Shown here piece by piece: positions 12,299 through 24,533 of a stretch of DNA of 64,000 bases (position 1 is its first letter; every line of letters starts with the position of its first letter). The position numbers and the translations under genes are program-made. Below the pieces are notes generated by a model, which did not search any database, was not told where the DNA came from, and saw only the letters and a program-made list of their open reading frames with translations. The DNA comes from Dudresnaya verticillata. Lineage: Eukaryota. The DNA lies in the NCBI GenBank assembly GCA_977862235.1, contig OZ374562.1, forward strand, positions 2,294,001-2,358,000, written 5' to 3'.

Positions 12299-13346
12299 GA
12301 CTGATGCTCCCCAGCACGGTGGACAGGAATGCGGAGCTCACAGGGCCGGGCGTGTTTACTTCGTACAGTACTGAATCTCGACTACTTCCCTACAATAAAA
12401 AATAACAAATGGACGTGTTTTGGGGGCATTAGAAATAGCACCTCTTTGCGGTAATTAAAAACAGCTATTAGCGCGTAGCGCGTTAACTCCAGGCTTCCTG
12501 CCTTAGACTTGCGAGCGGCTGGTCCGCTGTATAAATTCGTCTTGTATGCTTGGCTCCCTTGCCTTCGGAAGGCGTGCGCGGTGGCGTTGTGCGACCTGGC
12601 GACTCCGCCCTATCCCGTCGGGAACTTAGCGGATTTCATCGCATTGGGTCAGCGCCAGAATAGAGGCAGTGCGTGTCTTGAGCTTGCGTGCTGTGTGGAA
12701 CCAAGCGCCGTGGGACAACCTCTCATTGGGTGATCGGTCCGCCTCCCTGGTGCCACTCGTGGAGTGAGAGGGTGCCAGCAATGCTCTACCGCATGCTACA
12801 GTGGCTTTGAAGAACACTGTAGCCGAAGCTGTGAGACGCTGATTTAGAGACTCCCGATTGGAGCCCCATTCCGCCTCCCTGGCTGTGGTGACCTATCAGC
12901 GGCAGTTGTTCAGCTCTACAGTAACTAGTGGCAGTACTGTAGCGCTTTTTGGCGCGAAGCGAGCGCCTCGCAGGCTAGTCGCGCTGTTGAGCGTGGTTAC
13001 GCGGCCTTGGTTTCGCCCCATGCTCCAGGGGTTAGTGCCAAGGAGGCTTCCCTCAACCAGGACACCATATCTTGGAGGCTCTTCGAGCCTGCTTCGGCAT
13101 TCCTGCCGTAGCCGTAATGGACGCTCAAAGGGTTGGCCCTATTTCAGTTTGTAATGCCCCGTCGGGGGCGCGAAAGCGTGCACGCATACGTCATACTCGC
13201 GAGCAGCGTCACCGAGGTTGGACTTCGACGAAGTTGGTCAACTTATAACGGGGATCGCCCCGGGCATAGGCCCTCACTCAGGATCTAAATCCTCATGTCC
13301 CTCATACGAGCAACGTTCATGGTTCGCCTCTTATCCAGGTAGTGTA

Positions 13347-13463
13347 CAGCTCATCTATCCAGAATCTTAATTCTTGAGTCATCTATCCATTTCAACATCT
13401 ATCCATGTGGCTATACAGCTCATCTATCCAGAATCTCGATTCTTGAATCATCTATCCATTTCC
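13347..13463. repeat. Tandem ~68-bp duplication rich in CATCTATCCA
   Basis: CAGCTCATCTATCCAGAATCT...TTCTTGA.TCATCTATCCATTTC occurs twice. Confidence 0.75.
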
Positions 13464-13734
13464 AAAGTCTTAACTCTTCTATTTCCATCTATACAGTTTG
13501 TTGTTAGACAGCTCATCAGCTTAAAAGGGGGAATGGTCATTCCCATTTCCTATTGTTATACACAGGCCCATTGGCCGTTCTTGTTATCGCTACTGCAGAG
13601 CGTAGTGCTCGTCATCCACAGTGGGTTTACCTCGTTAGGCGCTTATTCGCAACTGCCACTTGCGTTTTCAGGGCCAGGTCTAGCCTCTTCTCGGCGAATT
13701 TGCTCTTCTTGAGCGATGTCCTAGCGTAAGACGC

Positions 13735-16700
13735 TTATAACGGGAGAGCGACCCCTTTGACTCGATGGTATCTTGCCACCAAGTTATGGGGAAGATGTTA
13801 CTTGGGCTCCCAGGTGTCTTCGGATGCTGGGATCTGAAACCACCGAATACGGTAGAGGCGTCGATCGGCGTCATAAGACACAATGCGGTCGTAAACTCGC
13901 TCGCGCGGCGGCGCTTTCTTAAAACGAGAAAACTTCGGCGGGGAAGAGGGGTCGTTCCGCATCGTCGCCGAAGTGCTGGGCGCGGCGGTTCCTGGATCGC
14001 GATCCGGATCGGGAGGGGCCGCAGCGACTGTCTCTTGGGGACTCGGCATGGAGGTTCCATCAGTAGGCGGCACCGCGAGAGTCGGATTATCCGTAATATC
14101 GGTAACTACCTGTCTCTCGGGAATGTGAGGAGCGGTATCCGCATTTGCGCCCTCAACTCGGCCGTCCGGCGACGTCGAGCCTTGTGGCGTGAGGTCCACT
14201 ACTGAAGGGTTTTGACCCTGCGCGCTTGGTTCTTCATGCGGCGAGGGGGCTAAGGTAACCCGGTCCAGAGATATCGTCTCTCTATCTCCTTTGATGTCTA
14301 GAACGACAACGTGCGTTCCACGTTCCAGAACCTTATACGGCCCGAGAGCCTTAGGGAACAACTTCCATTCGCGGGCCACACCTGAAGCGCCCTTCACCTT
14401 CGTTTCCCTCTCTAGGAAAACCCAAGACCCAGGTCTCACTTTCTGGTTAGCCGGTCGAATCCGATTATTGAAATTCGTTTCATAGCGCCGTTGCGCTAAC
14501 TTCATCCGCGGTAAGGCCGTATCCATCAGCTTCTCTAAGCGTAGAGTCAGCCGCTTCTTAACGTTAGTAGCCGGCACTTGGTCGACGTCCACTGTCTCTG
14601 CTTGTTCCATTAAGATGGATGTCGGCAGGTTAGATAACACCATATCGAAGGGCGCCAGGCCTGTAGCCCGATTTACAGTAGTGTTATACGCGTACGTTAA
14701 CGCAGAGGTAAACTCGTCCCAGTCTTTCTGATCTTCGGGGATGAAGTGTCGCAAACCCGCGAGGAGGGTACGATTAAATCGTTCTGTCTGACCGTTCGTC
14801 TGCGGATGATAGGTTGATGTAAACATATTCCCAATTCGAAGGATGTCGCACACTGCGAGGAAGAACTTGGACGCGAATTGCGAGCCATTGTCCGAAAGGA
14901 CGTAACGGGGTGGACCGTATATGAAAACCCAATGCTCGCAGAAAGCCTTGGCCACCGTATAGGCTGTGACTGTCTTCAACGGTATTGCTCTTGTGAGTTT
15001 GGAAAATATGTCAGTCATGACTAGGAGGAACTCATTTCATTTGCCTGAACGGGGCAGGGGTCCAAGGATGTCGATCCCTATGAATTCCAAGGGCAACGTT
15101 GCCGGGAATAACTTCATGCGGGAAGTGTGTTTTCGAAGTTGGACGCGCTCTTGAGCGCACTTGACGCAATTCCTTACTGTCGCGTACACGTCTAGAGACA
15201 TCTCAGGCCAATATACCTGTCGTCGAAGGTTGTGATACATCCTGGTGCCACCAGGGTGGCCGGCCAACTCCGGGTAGTGCGCTAGGTGTAGAACCTTTTA
15301 TTTCAGCGATCTAGGTACGCGTACCTGTAGCGCATGGTCTACGTACGACTTGCGCACCAGGAGTCCTCTCCTATCCTCGAGATAGCAACCAGGCTTACCC
15401 GTCTCGAGGTTCCGCCGGACCCAGATGCAGAAGTCGTCTGATTTTTGCTCTCGGAGCAGCTCCTCCACTGTTATGAGGGAGAGACCCTTCTGTGGTGATT
15501 CCTTGTCGGCCACCTGAGCTATTAGCTGTTCGTCATCCGAAGGGTCGTCGTCCCGAGGTTCGACTTCCAAAATCTCTAAGGGTCGGGGTGGTGCACCCGT
15601 TCGCGGTTTCCGCGTTGGCGACCGTTCGTCGCAGGCGTCCCTTCGATCGTCTTCGATTACAAAACAGGGGATCTCGAGGTCCGGTTCCCACTGGGGAAAG
15701 CCGTAGGTTGGCAGCCGAGAGACGGCATCAGCGATCTGATTCTTCTTTCCTTTTCGGTATTGTACCGTGAAATCATATTCCAACAGGCGTAGCCTCCAAC
15801 GGACCAGTCGCCCTGAAGCATCGGTCATGCTCATCATCCATTTTAAAGCTTGGTGATCCGTATACAGGTCGAAAAAGCGGTCCTGTGGGCCGCTCCAAAT
15901 ATGGACGAAGCATCTGCGTTGCCCAGACCACTGCTAGGCATTCTTTCTCGCCTACCGAGTAGTTCTTTTCCGCCTTCGTTAGGCCGCGGCTCCAAAACCC
16001 TATGGGATGTCGGGTGCCATCTTCTTCCATTTGCATCAATGCGCACCCGATTTGGTAATCACAGGCGTCCATGTCGACGGAGAAAGCCTTACCTTCTTAA
16101 GGGAGCCGCAGTATCGGCGGAGCGACTAATGCTTTCTTGAGAAGTTCAAACGCTTCTCGCTGACGTTCGTCGAACGTTGGCAACTCGAAGCCCTGATCCT
16201 TTTGTAGGAGTTCGTTGAGCGGGGCCGCCACGCGCGCGAAGTTAGGCACGAAGCGCCTGTACACATTACAGATTCCAATAAATGAACGTAACTGGGTCTG
16301 AGTCTTCGGCTCCTTAAACCCTTCGACGGCTTGGGTAGTCTTGGTTGCCACTTCTAGCAATCCTGGGCGGATCACGTGCCCTAAGTAATCAACGCTCTTC
16401 GTGAAGAAGTTGCACTTCTTTAGTTTCAGCGAAACGCCTGCTTCTTGAAGTACTTCTAGAATGTCCTTCACGTGTTTGAGGTGTTCGTCGACCGTCCTCG
16501 AGAATATAATGATGTCGTCCAAATAGACTAAACAGATTTTCCACCTGAATCCGGAGAGTAGGATATCAACCGTACGTTGAAAGTTCGCGGGAGCGTTACA
16601 GAGTCCGAAGGGCATTCTGCAAAACATGAAACATCAGGCATGGCAAGTGAAAGCCGTTTTGTGCTTGTCATCTTCCTCGACTGGAATTTGCCAATACCCG

Positions 16701-18010
16701 GAATTACAATCCAAGGTTGTAAAGTATTGGGCGTTTCCCAGCGAGTCCAGACACTCGTCCATCCGCGGGAGAGGATAAGTGTCTTTCACTGTGATAGCGT
16801 TGAGCTTGCGGTAATCGACGCAGAAACGTAGGGACCCATCGGGTTTCTTGACCAGCACTACGGGGCTTGCGAACTCCGTTCGAGCAGGCTCGATGACGCC
16901 TTCTTTTAGCATCTTGTCTACTTCGTCTTTTTCGACTTGTCTAGTTTTCGGGCCCGACCGATAGGGTTGCGAGAATACAGGTTTCGAACCTTCTTGTAGT
17001 TCAATTCGGTGCTTCGTCACCTTGATTGTTCCCAGCTGGCCGTCCCACATACCGACGAACGGTCGGAGCATTTTTCGTACTCGACGACGGTCCGGCTCGG
17101 ACAGGTGCTCCAGTGCCAAGTCATCGACTGACATAGGAGACGGTGTAGAGGTTGCTGTTTTAATTCCAGGCTTTGCGCCTTCGCTACCAAGAGCAGCAGC
17201 GAGTCCCGCCCCCACACATTCAGCTTACACCGGCGTCCGGGTGGGCGCCGGTACAGCCTTTCCGAGGCTTTGATTCTTCTGAAGCTGCTGCATGCGCGGC
17301 GAGAAGTTCGCAACCTTCACGTGGAAGAGCCGATTCGATTGTAGATCGACGATACCGTTGGTCACAACCACATGTTGACGGTCGTATAACCGTGGAAATG
17401 ATTCTAGGAAGTGCGTTACTTGGGCCGAGCAGGTCACGGCGACCCATGTTTCACTGTCCGGGGGTAAGTTAGTGAGTTCAGCAACGCGGATTAGTCGCGA
17501 GTTAGGTAGGGGTGGGACATCCATTGGTTCCGAAAGGGGACCCTCACGGGGTATGCCACAGCGGCGTCTTAGGATTGGGTGTATCGACCCGTCGCGGAGA
17601 ACGATGTTCTGTTTCCGAACACGTAAACCCTCGACGTGGGTATCGATAAACGTGCATCCCAGGATGGCGTCCACTGCAAGTGCCTTGACGACAACAAAAG
17701 GTTGTCGAACCGTGTATGACCCCACGCGTACAACCAGTGAGATGGTCCCTAGAGTAGTTAGTCTATGACTTGACGCAGACGTCAAGTTGACGATCGACCT
17801 GTTCGTCGAGATGCGTTTCCTTTCTTCCGGAGAAAGAACGTCCGCCCGGATCAGATTAGGGCCAGCCCCTGTATCCAATACGGATAGTACTCGAGTGAGT
17901 TTGTCCACAGAAGTCCCGACGGATGCAGCAACTTCATAGTTGTAGCGTGACAGGGAACAGACTGGGTCCTTACAATACTCGTCATACGTACGCCCACGGG
18001 GTAAGCCCAT
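13735..18010 (-). pseudogene. Gypsy pol (PR-RT-RNase H-INT-chromodomain) with multiple frameshifts and stops
   Basis: LDTGAGPNLI (PR); FCVDYRKLN and YLDDII (RT); DACDYQIG and GEKECLAVVW (RH); GHPGG...CVKC, SDNGSQF, HPQTNGQTER (INT); YDRIV...YRIRW...DTWEP (chromodomain). Confidence 0.95.
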
Positions 18011-18178
18011 GGGGCGGGTTAAGATGTTCTCCGGAACAGAAGCGAAATTCTCATGTGAAACCGGTCGATCCGTGGAGAAGCTGTCGAAGCTTGTGCTAGT
18101 GAAGCTGCGCTCAGCGAATCGATCGGGGGTTCCGATGTAACCTGGGTGATCAGGTCAACCGAAACCGGTTCCCCCTCT

Positions 18179-19430
18179 CTAGTTTTTCGCCTTGAGCGCG
18201 GGCGACCGTGGTAACGGTGGTGGCGGCGGAAAAGGTCGTGACCCTGGTCTTGGTGACCGCGGCGCTTGCCTTGGCGCGTCGATGGAGTGATTCAGACCCG
18301 GATGAAATTGAACTTGCCTATTTCCGCCGGCGCCCGTCCCCATATTTTGACGCGTTCCTGTCGGTGGCCCAATCGCTTGGCCTGTCGAGGCCGGTCCATT
18401 TGCGAAGTAGGGCAGTCGCCCCACAGTTGCCAACCATGCCTTCTGCTCATGCGAGAGCTCTTGGAACTGCTTCCTTTTAGAGTCTCAAAAGAATGTTCGT
18501 CCGTTCGCGCTAGGTGAGGGCAATTTGGCTTTTTATGGCCGACGCCACAACACTCAAAGCGGATGTCATTTGGTTGGTCCTCGACCGTCTCGCCATCCAG
18601 GAAGCTGTGTCTTTGTTGGCTGAGCCAAGGCTGGGAGCCTATGGTTGTAGTTTTGGATGGCCGCATCCACTTCGCCATAATATGGCTGGCCATAGGAGTA
18701 CTGCCCGGAGGACCAGCTGTCTGATTGGGTTGCCGTTGATGGTGGCGCTTCTTCGTCTATAGCCGCGACGACGGCATCTTCGTCGTCGTCCTCAGAGTCG
18801 CTACTCTTTGAGGATTCGGAGTCAGATGCTCCCGATCGCCTCGACTGGCGAATGAGAAGTGCCCGACCAGGTTTGTGCGTCCGTACCTTCGCGAGGGTTT
18901 TCTTGTGCAGCGTCGAGGTCGCTTTCTTCGCTCGGCCACCACCCACTAGGACACGATGAGAATCTCCCTGGGCGGTGGTGCGCTCGACATAATCTGTCAA
19001 CCGGGCCGTCCGTGGGTCCGGAGAGGTAGTGCTTAACAGCGGTTTCACCGCGGGGAGAAGACCCCTAATAAAGTGTGTTATTAAGTCTTGCTCTGTGTAG
19101 ACAACAGCGACTCGTCGCGCCTGATTTTGCAACCGTCGAGAGAAGGTGACCTCGTCCTCATTCGGCTCTTGTGCCATCGTGTCCATATCACAGACGATCC
19201 TCTCGATGTAGACATCTTTCGCATACGTGCGAAGAAGGTAATTGACGGCCTCGGCCCACTCAGTGAATCCACCATTATCATCTCCTGCCGCGTCGAAGTT
19301 CGCTTCAAACATGTCTTTGGCATCTTTCTCCAGAAATTCTGGGATGACAAGGATAGCTGCTCCTTCACTAATGTGAGCTTGGTCCAGCTGTCGTTTCAGC
19401 GTTGCGAGAAATCCAAGAATAATACCGTCG
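18179..19430 (-). pseudogene. Gypsy gag (continues at ~20337-20443 and ~31839 onward, across insertions)
   Basis: ILGFLATLKRQLD...EGAA...AVNYLLRTYA, homologous to the gag at 21947-23341; zinc knuckle CFECCGVGHKKPNC near 18520-18560. Confidence 0.85.
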
Positions 19431-20331
19431 TGTGGTGCAAGGGGAGGTGAGCCCTTTTTCGCTGAAAGCGGGCAGACCAAATACGTCGACCGACGGAGAA
19501 ACCGCCACCGGCGCTCACCACCGCCGTTGGCGCGCGAACACGTCATCGACGGCTCACTGGGGCGCGCGCGCACACTGCGCGCCGCGCGCCACGCGGGCAC
19601 TGTACGGTGATGGCCCGACGTGGCGCCCCGGGGCACTGTAATATGGATCCAGATGGGATCCGGATCCGGTATCCAGATTGGCTATCCAGATCGCCTAAGC
19701 CGTAAGATACGCGCCTATAAGGCTGCGGGTATTCGCATTGCTGGCCCGATCCGGACGGGATCGGGATCGAACAAGTATCGGATTAGATCCAAGGCGCACG
19801 CTCTACAATATGCGCGCGCGCACAGCTGTAAGGCACACGCGTCCACGTGTGCGTGGAAGCACCCACACAGGGGGTTGTACAGCAACCTGTCAGGCGCGCG
19901 GCTGCATGCGATGGGTGATCTGTCAGACGCACCTCGGGACGACACGTGTCCCGAGTTCCCGCGCTACGCACAGGCACTGCCGTCGCCGCACAGCCGTACT
20001 ATACTTAGGTAAGCCGTCCCAGACATAACAGTAAACGCCCGGGCAAGCCGGCCTTGGTCCAGACTTCCCGTTCCGCACGCGCGTACCCTACCGCTGCCTA
20101 CGGCTCAAGCGTCTACCTCCCGTGCTTCCACGTCTACCATCGTCCTTGACGTGTTCCCTTTCTGTTTCCTTTTCCCTTCCTTTCCGCCTCGGGCGTTTAC
20201 AGTCCGCCCAAGGCGTGTCCTTTGCTCTACCAACAAGTCGCCCACGGCGAGGCTACTCACCGCCAAGGGCGCAGCTACCCACCGAGCCCCGAACTGCTCG
20301 GCGGTCTATCGTCTCAGACGTTTGCACCAAA
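19431..20331. mobile_element. Solo LTR, same family as 901-1804
   Basis: TGTGGTGCAA...TTGCACCAAA; TSD CGTCG (19426-19430 and 20332-20336); colinear with 901-1804. Confidence 0.94.
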
Positions 20332-20448
20332 CGTCGTTTTCGGGGTTACGGGCGATTCTGGCCACGCAGTCTTTGCGTAATGCGCGCCAGTACAGCCCGT
20401 ACAAGGACGTATCATTTTGTACAGATATTACGATAACCTGTTGAGGTT

Positions 20449-21123
20449 TGTGGTGAAGTGAGCCGTGGCGCGCATGCGGCCCACCGACGGCGAGCCAACC
20501 GTAACGGGTGATGTGGCAATACGCCACGCTGATGATCTGGCAACGTGTAACCGTGTCGGATGTTGTGCGCATTGCTGTACGCCGGTACGCATTGCTGTAC
20601 AGCAGTGAAGCGCACCAACCATACCGGAGTATTTGTAGTGTTTATTCTTTATTTTTAGTGAGTATCTGTACAGTATGTAGAGTAGTGCGCCAGCCAATGA
20701 GAATGCTGCGCATGTCCGTGTCGGAGATTGGGACCAGCAGGGCCGATTCCACCATAGGACCAGACCACTAGGGTCTGGCCCCCACGGACTGGACCGCTCG
20801 GTGCCACCTTGACTTGTATATCAGGGCGGCACCGCAGCGGCTCCTAAGGTAAACGGGTAAGCAACCTTAGCCCAATCCTTTACGGTTTTCCCCGCGCCGA
20901 GCCCGTTGCGGTCTACCACCACCACCGTTACGGAGTCCGTCCCGGCACTCGTACCACCCCCTTGTCTGTTGCTTCCCAATATCCGTCTCGGTTAGCCGCT
21001 AGCTGTTCTCCCGTTACGGTGCGAACTGCTCTACCACCCCGTGGAAGTAGTGTTGCTCTCGTCCGTTAAGGAAAGTCAGGCCAGCTGTCCGTCTCGGAGT
21101 TCGTGGGTTTTCACTACACCACA
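20449..21123 (+). repeat. 5' LTR of the inner Gypsy element
   Basis: TGTGGTGAAGTGA...TCACTACACCACA; direct repeat of 31151-31833. Confidence 0.97.
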
Positions 21124-21271
21124 TCTTTTGGTCTCCCGACCTAGAACACCGTCACGGTTGGAAGAAACAGCCGTCGAAATCCGCTACGGTAGGAATTCGG
21201 CTGTACCGACAACCCGTTACGGAATATTGGATAGACAAGCAAGAACAACCGTTGTGTTCCGTTAAGGTATC

Positions 21272-23744
21272 ATGCAGAACGAAGAACACGCAGACCCTCC
21301 CGTTACGGAACCTAAAGCGGGTGGCACTACCCCGGCTGCGCGCAGTCTGCGCAGTGAAGGAGGTGAAATCCGTTCCGGAGTGGAGAACCCACAAGACATC
21401 CTAAAGGGTGCTGCTGGTAAAGCTCCCCGTTCCCGTGTCGGATCAGACGCCTCCAAGAAGGCAGCTCCGCAACCCAAGCCGGAATCCCATCGGGTCCACT
21501 GGGTCCTGTCGGAGGTCCTTCCTAGGGTGTTAGAGCATCTCCGATTGGAAGTACAACCTGGAATGGTAAAAGAGGTGGAGATATCCCTCTCGGAAACTGT
21601 TCCGTCTTTGGTTAATTCCTATCTGGAGCAGCACCTTCCTCGGATAGTGCAAGCTCTGATCCTACAGGAAAAGGTGGCCGCCGAGCTCGAGAGCCAGATT
21701 GCTCCCGGCATGGCAAGGCCTCCCGCTACGGAAGCTTTCACTGAGCAACCACCGTTACGGAATGACTTCCCGGTCGAGGGAAGAATGCAGCAGCCGCAAC
21801 AACCCCCCGTTATGGGATTGCCGCCGGGCACAGTACCCTCTGGGCCACTGTCACCGGCTCCCGTAACCGATTCTCAACATCAATAAGCCCCTACGGGACC
21901 AACACACACTCAGCCACCGTTACGGTATTCACCTGGACACGTAGATATGCCTACGCCAGGGCGCTATCAGCAAGAGCGCTATACCGTTCCGGTTCGATCA
22001 GGTGGAGGCAGCGACCATCTCAGCGATGCGTCCAGCTCACCCCATCCGAGTCGGAGGACCGGTCGAGGTCGGCATAAACGAGATGCCCGACACTCCCGCT
22101 CTGACCCTCCCCGTCGGTCGCACATGGGCGACCACACCCAGCGACGACGCCACCAATCCGGTAAGGAATCCAATGAGAGCAGCTCAGAGGATAGCCAACA
22201 CCGCCGCCGCAAGAGGAGAAACAGAAGATCGCGGAAACGCGAAAAAGGGCATGAGTCCTCTACCTCTACGGATTCAGACTTAGAGAGTTCTTCCATAACG
22301 GATAGAGAGAATAGGCACCGGGCCAGAAAACACGGTGCCAATTCCGGAAAGGTGAAGGTAATCCGGCCGCTACATGACAAGTTTGTCAAGGCGCTGGACT
22401 ACCGCACCTACCGATTGGATAAGAGGAGTAAGACATACGGCTCTAAGTTCTCACAGAACATGAGCCGTAGGAAGAAACTCGACGTCCAGATGTCGTCCCA
22501 TACATTCGATGGGACGGACCCTATTACCGTCTTGGGATTTCTCGCCAAGTTCCGTGACGGTTGTAACATCAACGGCATCGCCGAAGGGGTTGCCGTCTGG
22601 TGCTTGCAGTTTTTCCTTAAAGGACAGGCCGAAGCCCTTCTACAGGCTAGGCTTGCTGGAGGTACCACGGCGGTTGACGTGGAGCAGGCTGAGATGCTCC
22701 GCACATATTCCGAGGTGGTGAACTTTTTATTGAGAACCTACGCTACGGATGAAGTGATTGCTGAAGCCTGTACGGATGTCAGCAACTTCAGGCAAACATC
22801 CGCCATAACGGAAGAGCAGTTCTCGAACCAGCTTTGGGCCAAGGCTCTCCGTTGCGGTACAGTATTTTCCGATCGGGCATTGAAGTCACTGTTCGTCGAA
22901 GGACTCCTACCGGGCACTCGTCAACAGATGAGAAATTATCTGGCGACGCATTCCCAGTTGGATTATCAGGCCATCACTCGCTATGCGACTGGCCCCGGTC
23001 AGTCCCATCGGGCAGCTCGACGCCAAACCGTTCCGGCTCACGTCTTTGATGGGCGTAATAAAGCACGCCCGTCTAAGGTGTTGTCGCTGGATTCCGTATC
23101 GGATATACACTATGAGCCGCAAGGGAATCTTTCCGCTACGGATAATCAAGTGCTAGCCGTCGAGGGAGGCCACGGTGCCGCTACGGGAACGAGCACGGGG
23201 GTTACCTTTTCTACCCCGTACTCCTCGCCCCCGCAAAGCGTCCACCCTACTCCGCCCAGGATGCCACGCGCGCATGGTCCCCCCTATGGTGGATCTCGCC
23301 CGGCTCCTGGCCCCCAACAGCAGTCACCGTTACGGAAATAATGCCCACGATGGGCGAGGACAGCAGCAACCAGCACCTCCGCTACGGGATGAGTCGGATC
23401 CTCGGGTCCGACGCCTTTCAGGGAGTGGTAACTGTCGCATCTGCCTTTCACCAGAGCACGTTGTTTGTCCCTGAATACATGACTCCGATCGGGTTAGGCT
23501 TATGGAAGAGCGCGAGCGCAACTTCCAGAAACACTACCCTGTAGGTCGCAGGTTCGTAGTAGGAACCAGTTCGAATCCGCAAGGGAATCGGGGCAGGCCG
23601 CAAACGCCCCCTCCGCAACGGAATGCCCCGATACTATCGGTGGAGGACCATGACGGAGTGGAACTCGCAGAATTGCGCGAGCCCATGGAGGCGGATCCGA
23701 CTGGTGCAACCTTGAATTCGGAAAACTCAAGGGGGGATGCGTAA
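21272..23744 (+). pseudogene. gag of the inner Gypsy element (in-frame stop at 21884-21886, frameshift before ~23340, stop at 23472-23474)
   Basis: ORFs 21272-21886 and 21947-23341 share a frame; FDGTDPITVLGFLAKF gag motif; knuckle-like CRICLSPEHVVCP in a shifted frame. Confidence 0.87.
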
Positions 23745-23788
23745 GGGCGCCGCCATCCCCGCCTCACGGCGTTCCACCTCTCGCGAGT

Positions 23789-24454
23789 GTGGACCCGCCA
23801 GGGGATCGGCGAGATACCGTTACGGAACTCCCATTGGCTTATCAGACCAATGATACTATCTTCTTTATGCAACATCAAAATTACAAGATGCAAATTACCG
23901 TAGGACGGACAGATACCGTGATGCTTCCTTTAATCCCCGTCTTGGACTCTGGCGCTGGGCCCAATCTCATTAGTGCCAGGCGCCTTCCGCGCCAATGGCT
24001 CCCACTCATACGCCCAGCAGCCAGTCCTCCATTACGGGATGCGTCTAATCGCGCTATACGCCCTCTTGGTCAGATACAACTTTTCGTCCGTATCGGAGAG
24101 CTCCGTGCTCGCGTCCAGTTTCTAGTGGTCGCCAACTTGGCGGCTCCCTGTATTTTGGGAACTACCTTCATCGGCCGCTACGTGAAGGCAATACTCCCTC
24201 CGTTACGGAAAGTTGTTTTTCATCATTACCCACCGGTATCCCTTGTTGGTCAAGCCAAAATTCCGAAGACGGGAACCACTGCAACCCTACAGCCCTCACC
24301 TCTCTCTACCACTACGGTTTCTCAGAAAATTCGTTTAGCAAAATCTACCCTTATTCCCCCTATGAATCAAACCACCGTACCGGTTAATACCCCATGGGTG
24401 GGTTATGCTTTCTACAAAATCATCCTAAGCCGGCTTTTAAGCACCTTACGTTAA
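23789..24454 (+). pseudogene. Aspartic protease of the inner Gypsy element (frameshifted from RT)
   Basis: VLDSGAGPNLI and CILGTTFI retropepsin motifs. Confidence 0.9.
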
Positions 24455-24533
24455 TGGCTAATGGTATTATGGATGTTGTACCTAACAACCGTTTCGGATC
24501 TGGGTCTCTAATTTTTCTAACAAGCCGGTACGG

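Larger units (their letters stand above)
10216..12466. mobile_element. PIF/Harbinger DNA transposon 2 (2.25 kb, degenerate)
   Basis: Imperfect TIR AGTCGTTTTTAATTA / AGCTGTTTTTAATTA; TSD ATT (10213-10215 and 12467-12469); two convergent ORFs. Confidence 0.85.

Noticed and set aside
13735..19430. Apparent excess of TCGA/GTCGAC in the outer Gypsy element as its own private motif
   Set aside because: Too short to distinguish from CpG-rich composition without a k-mer count.
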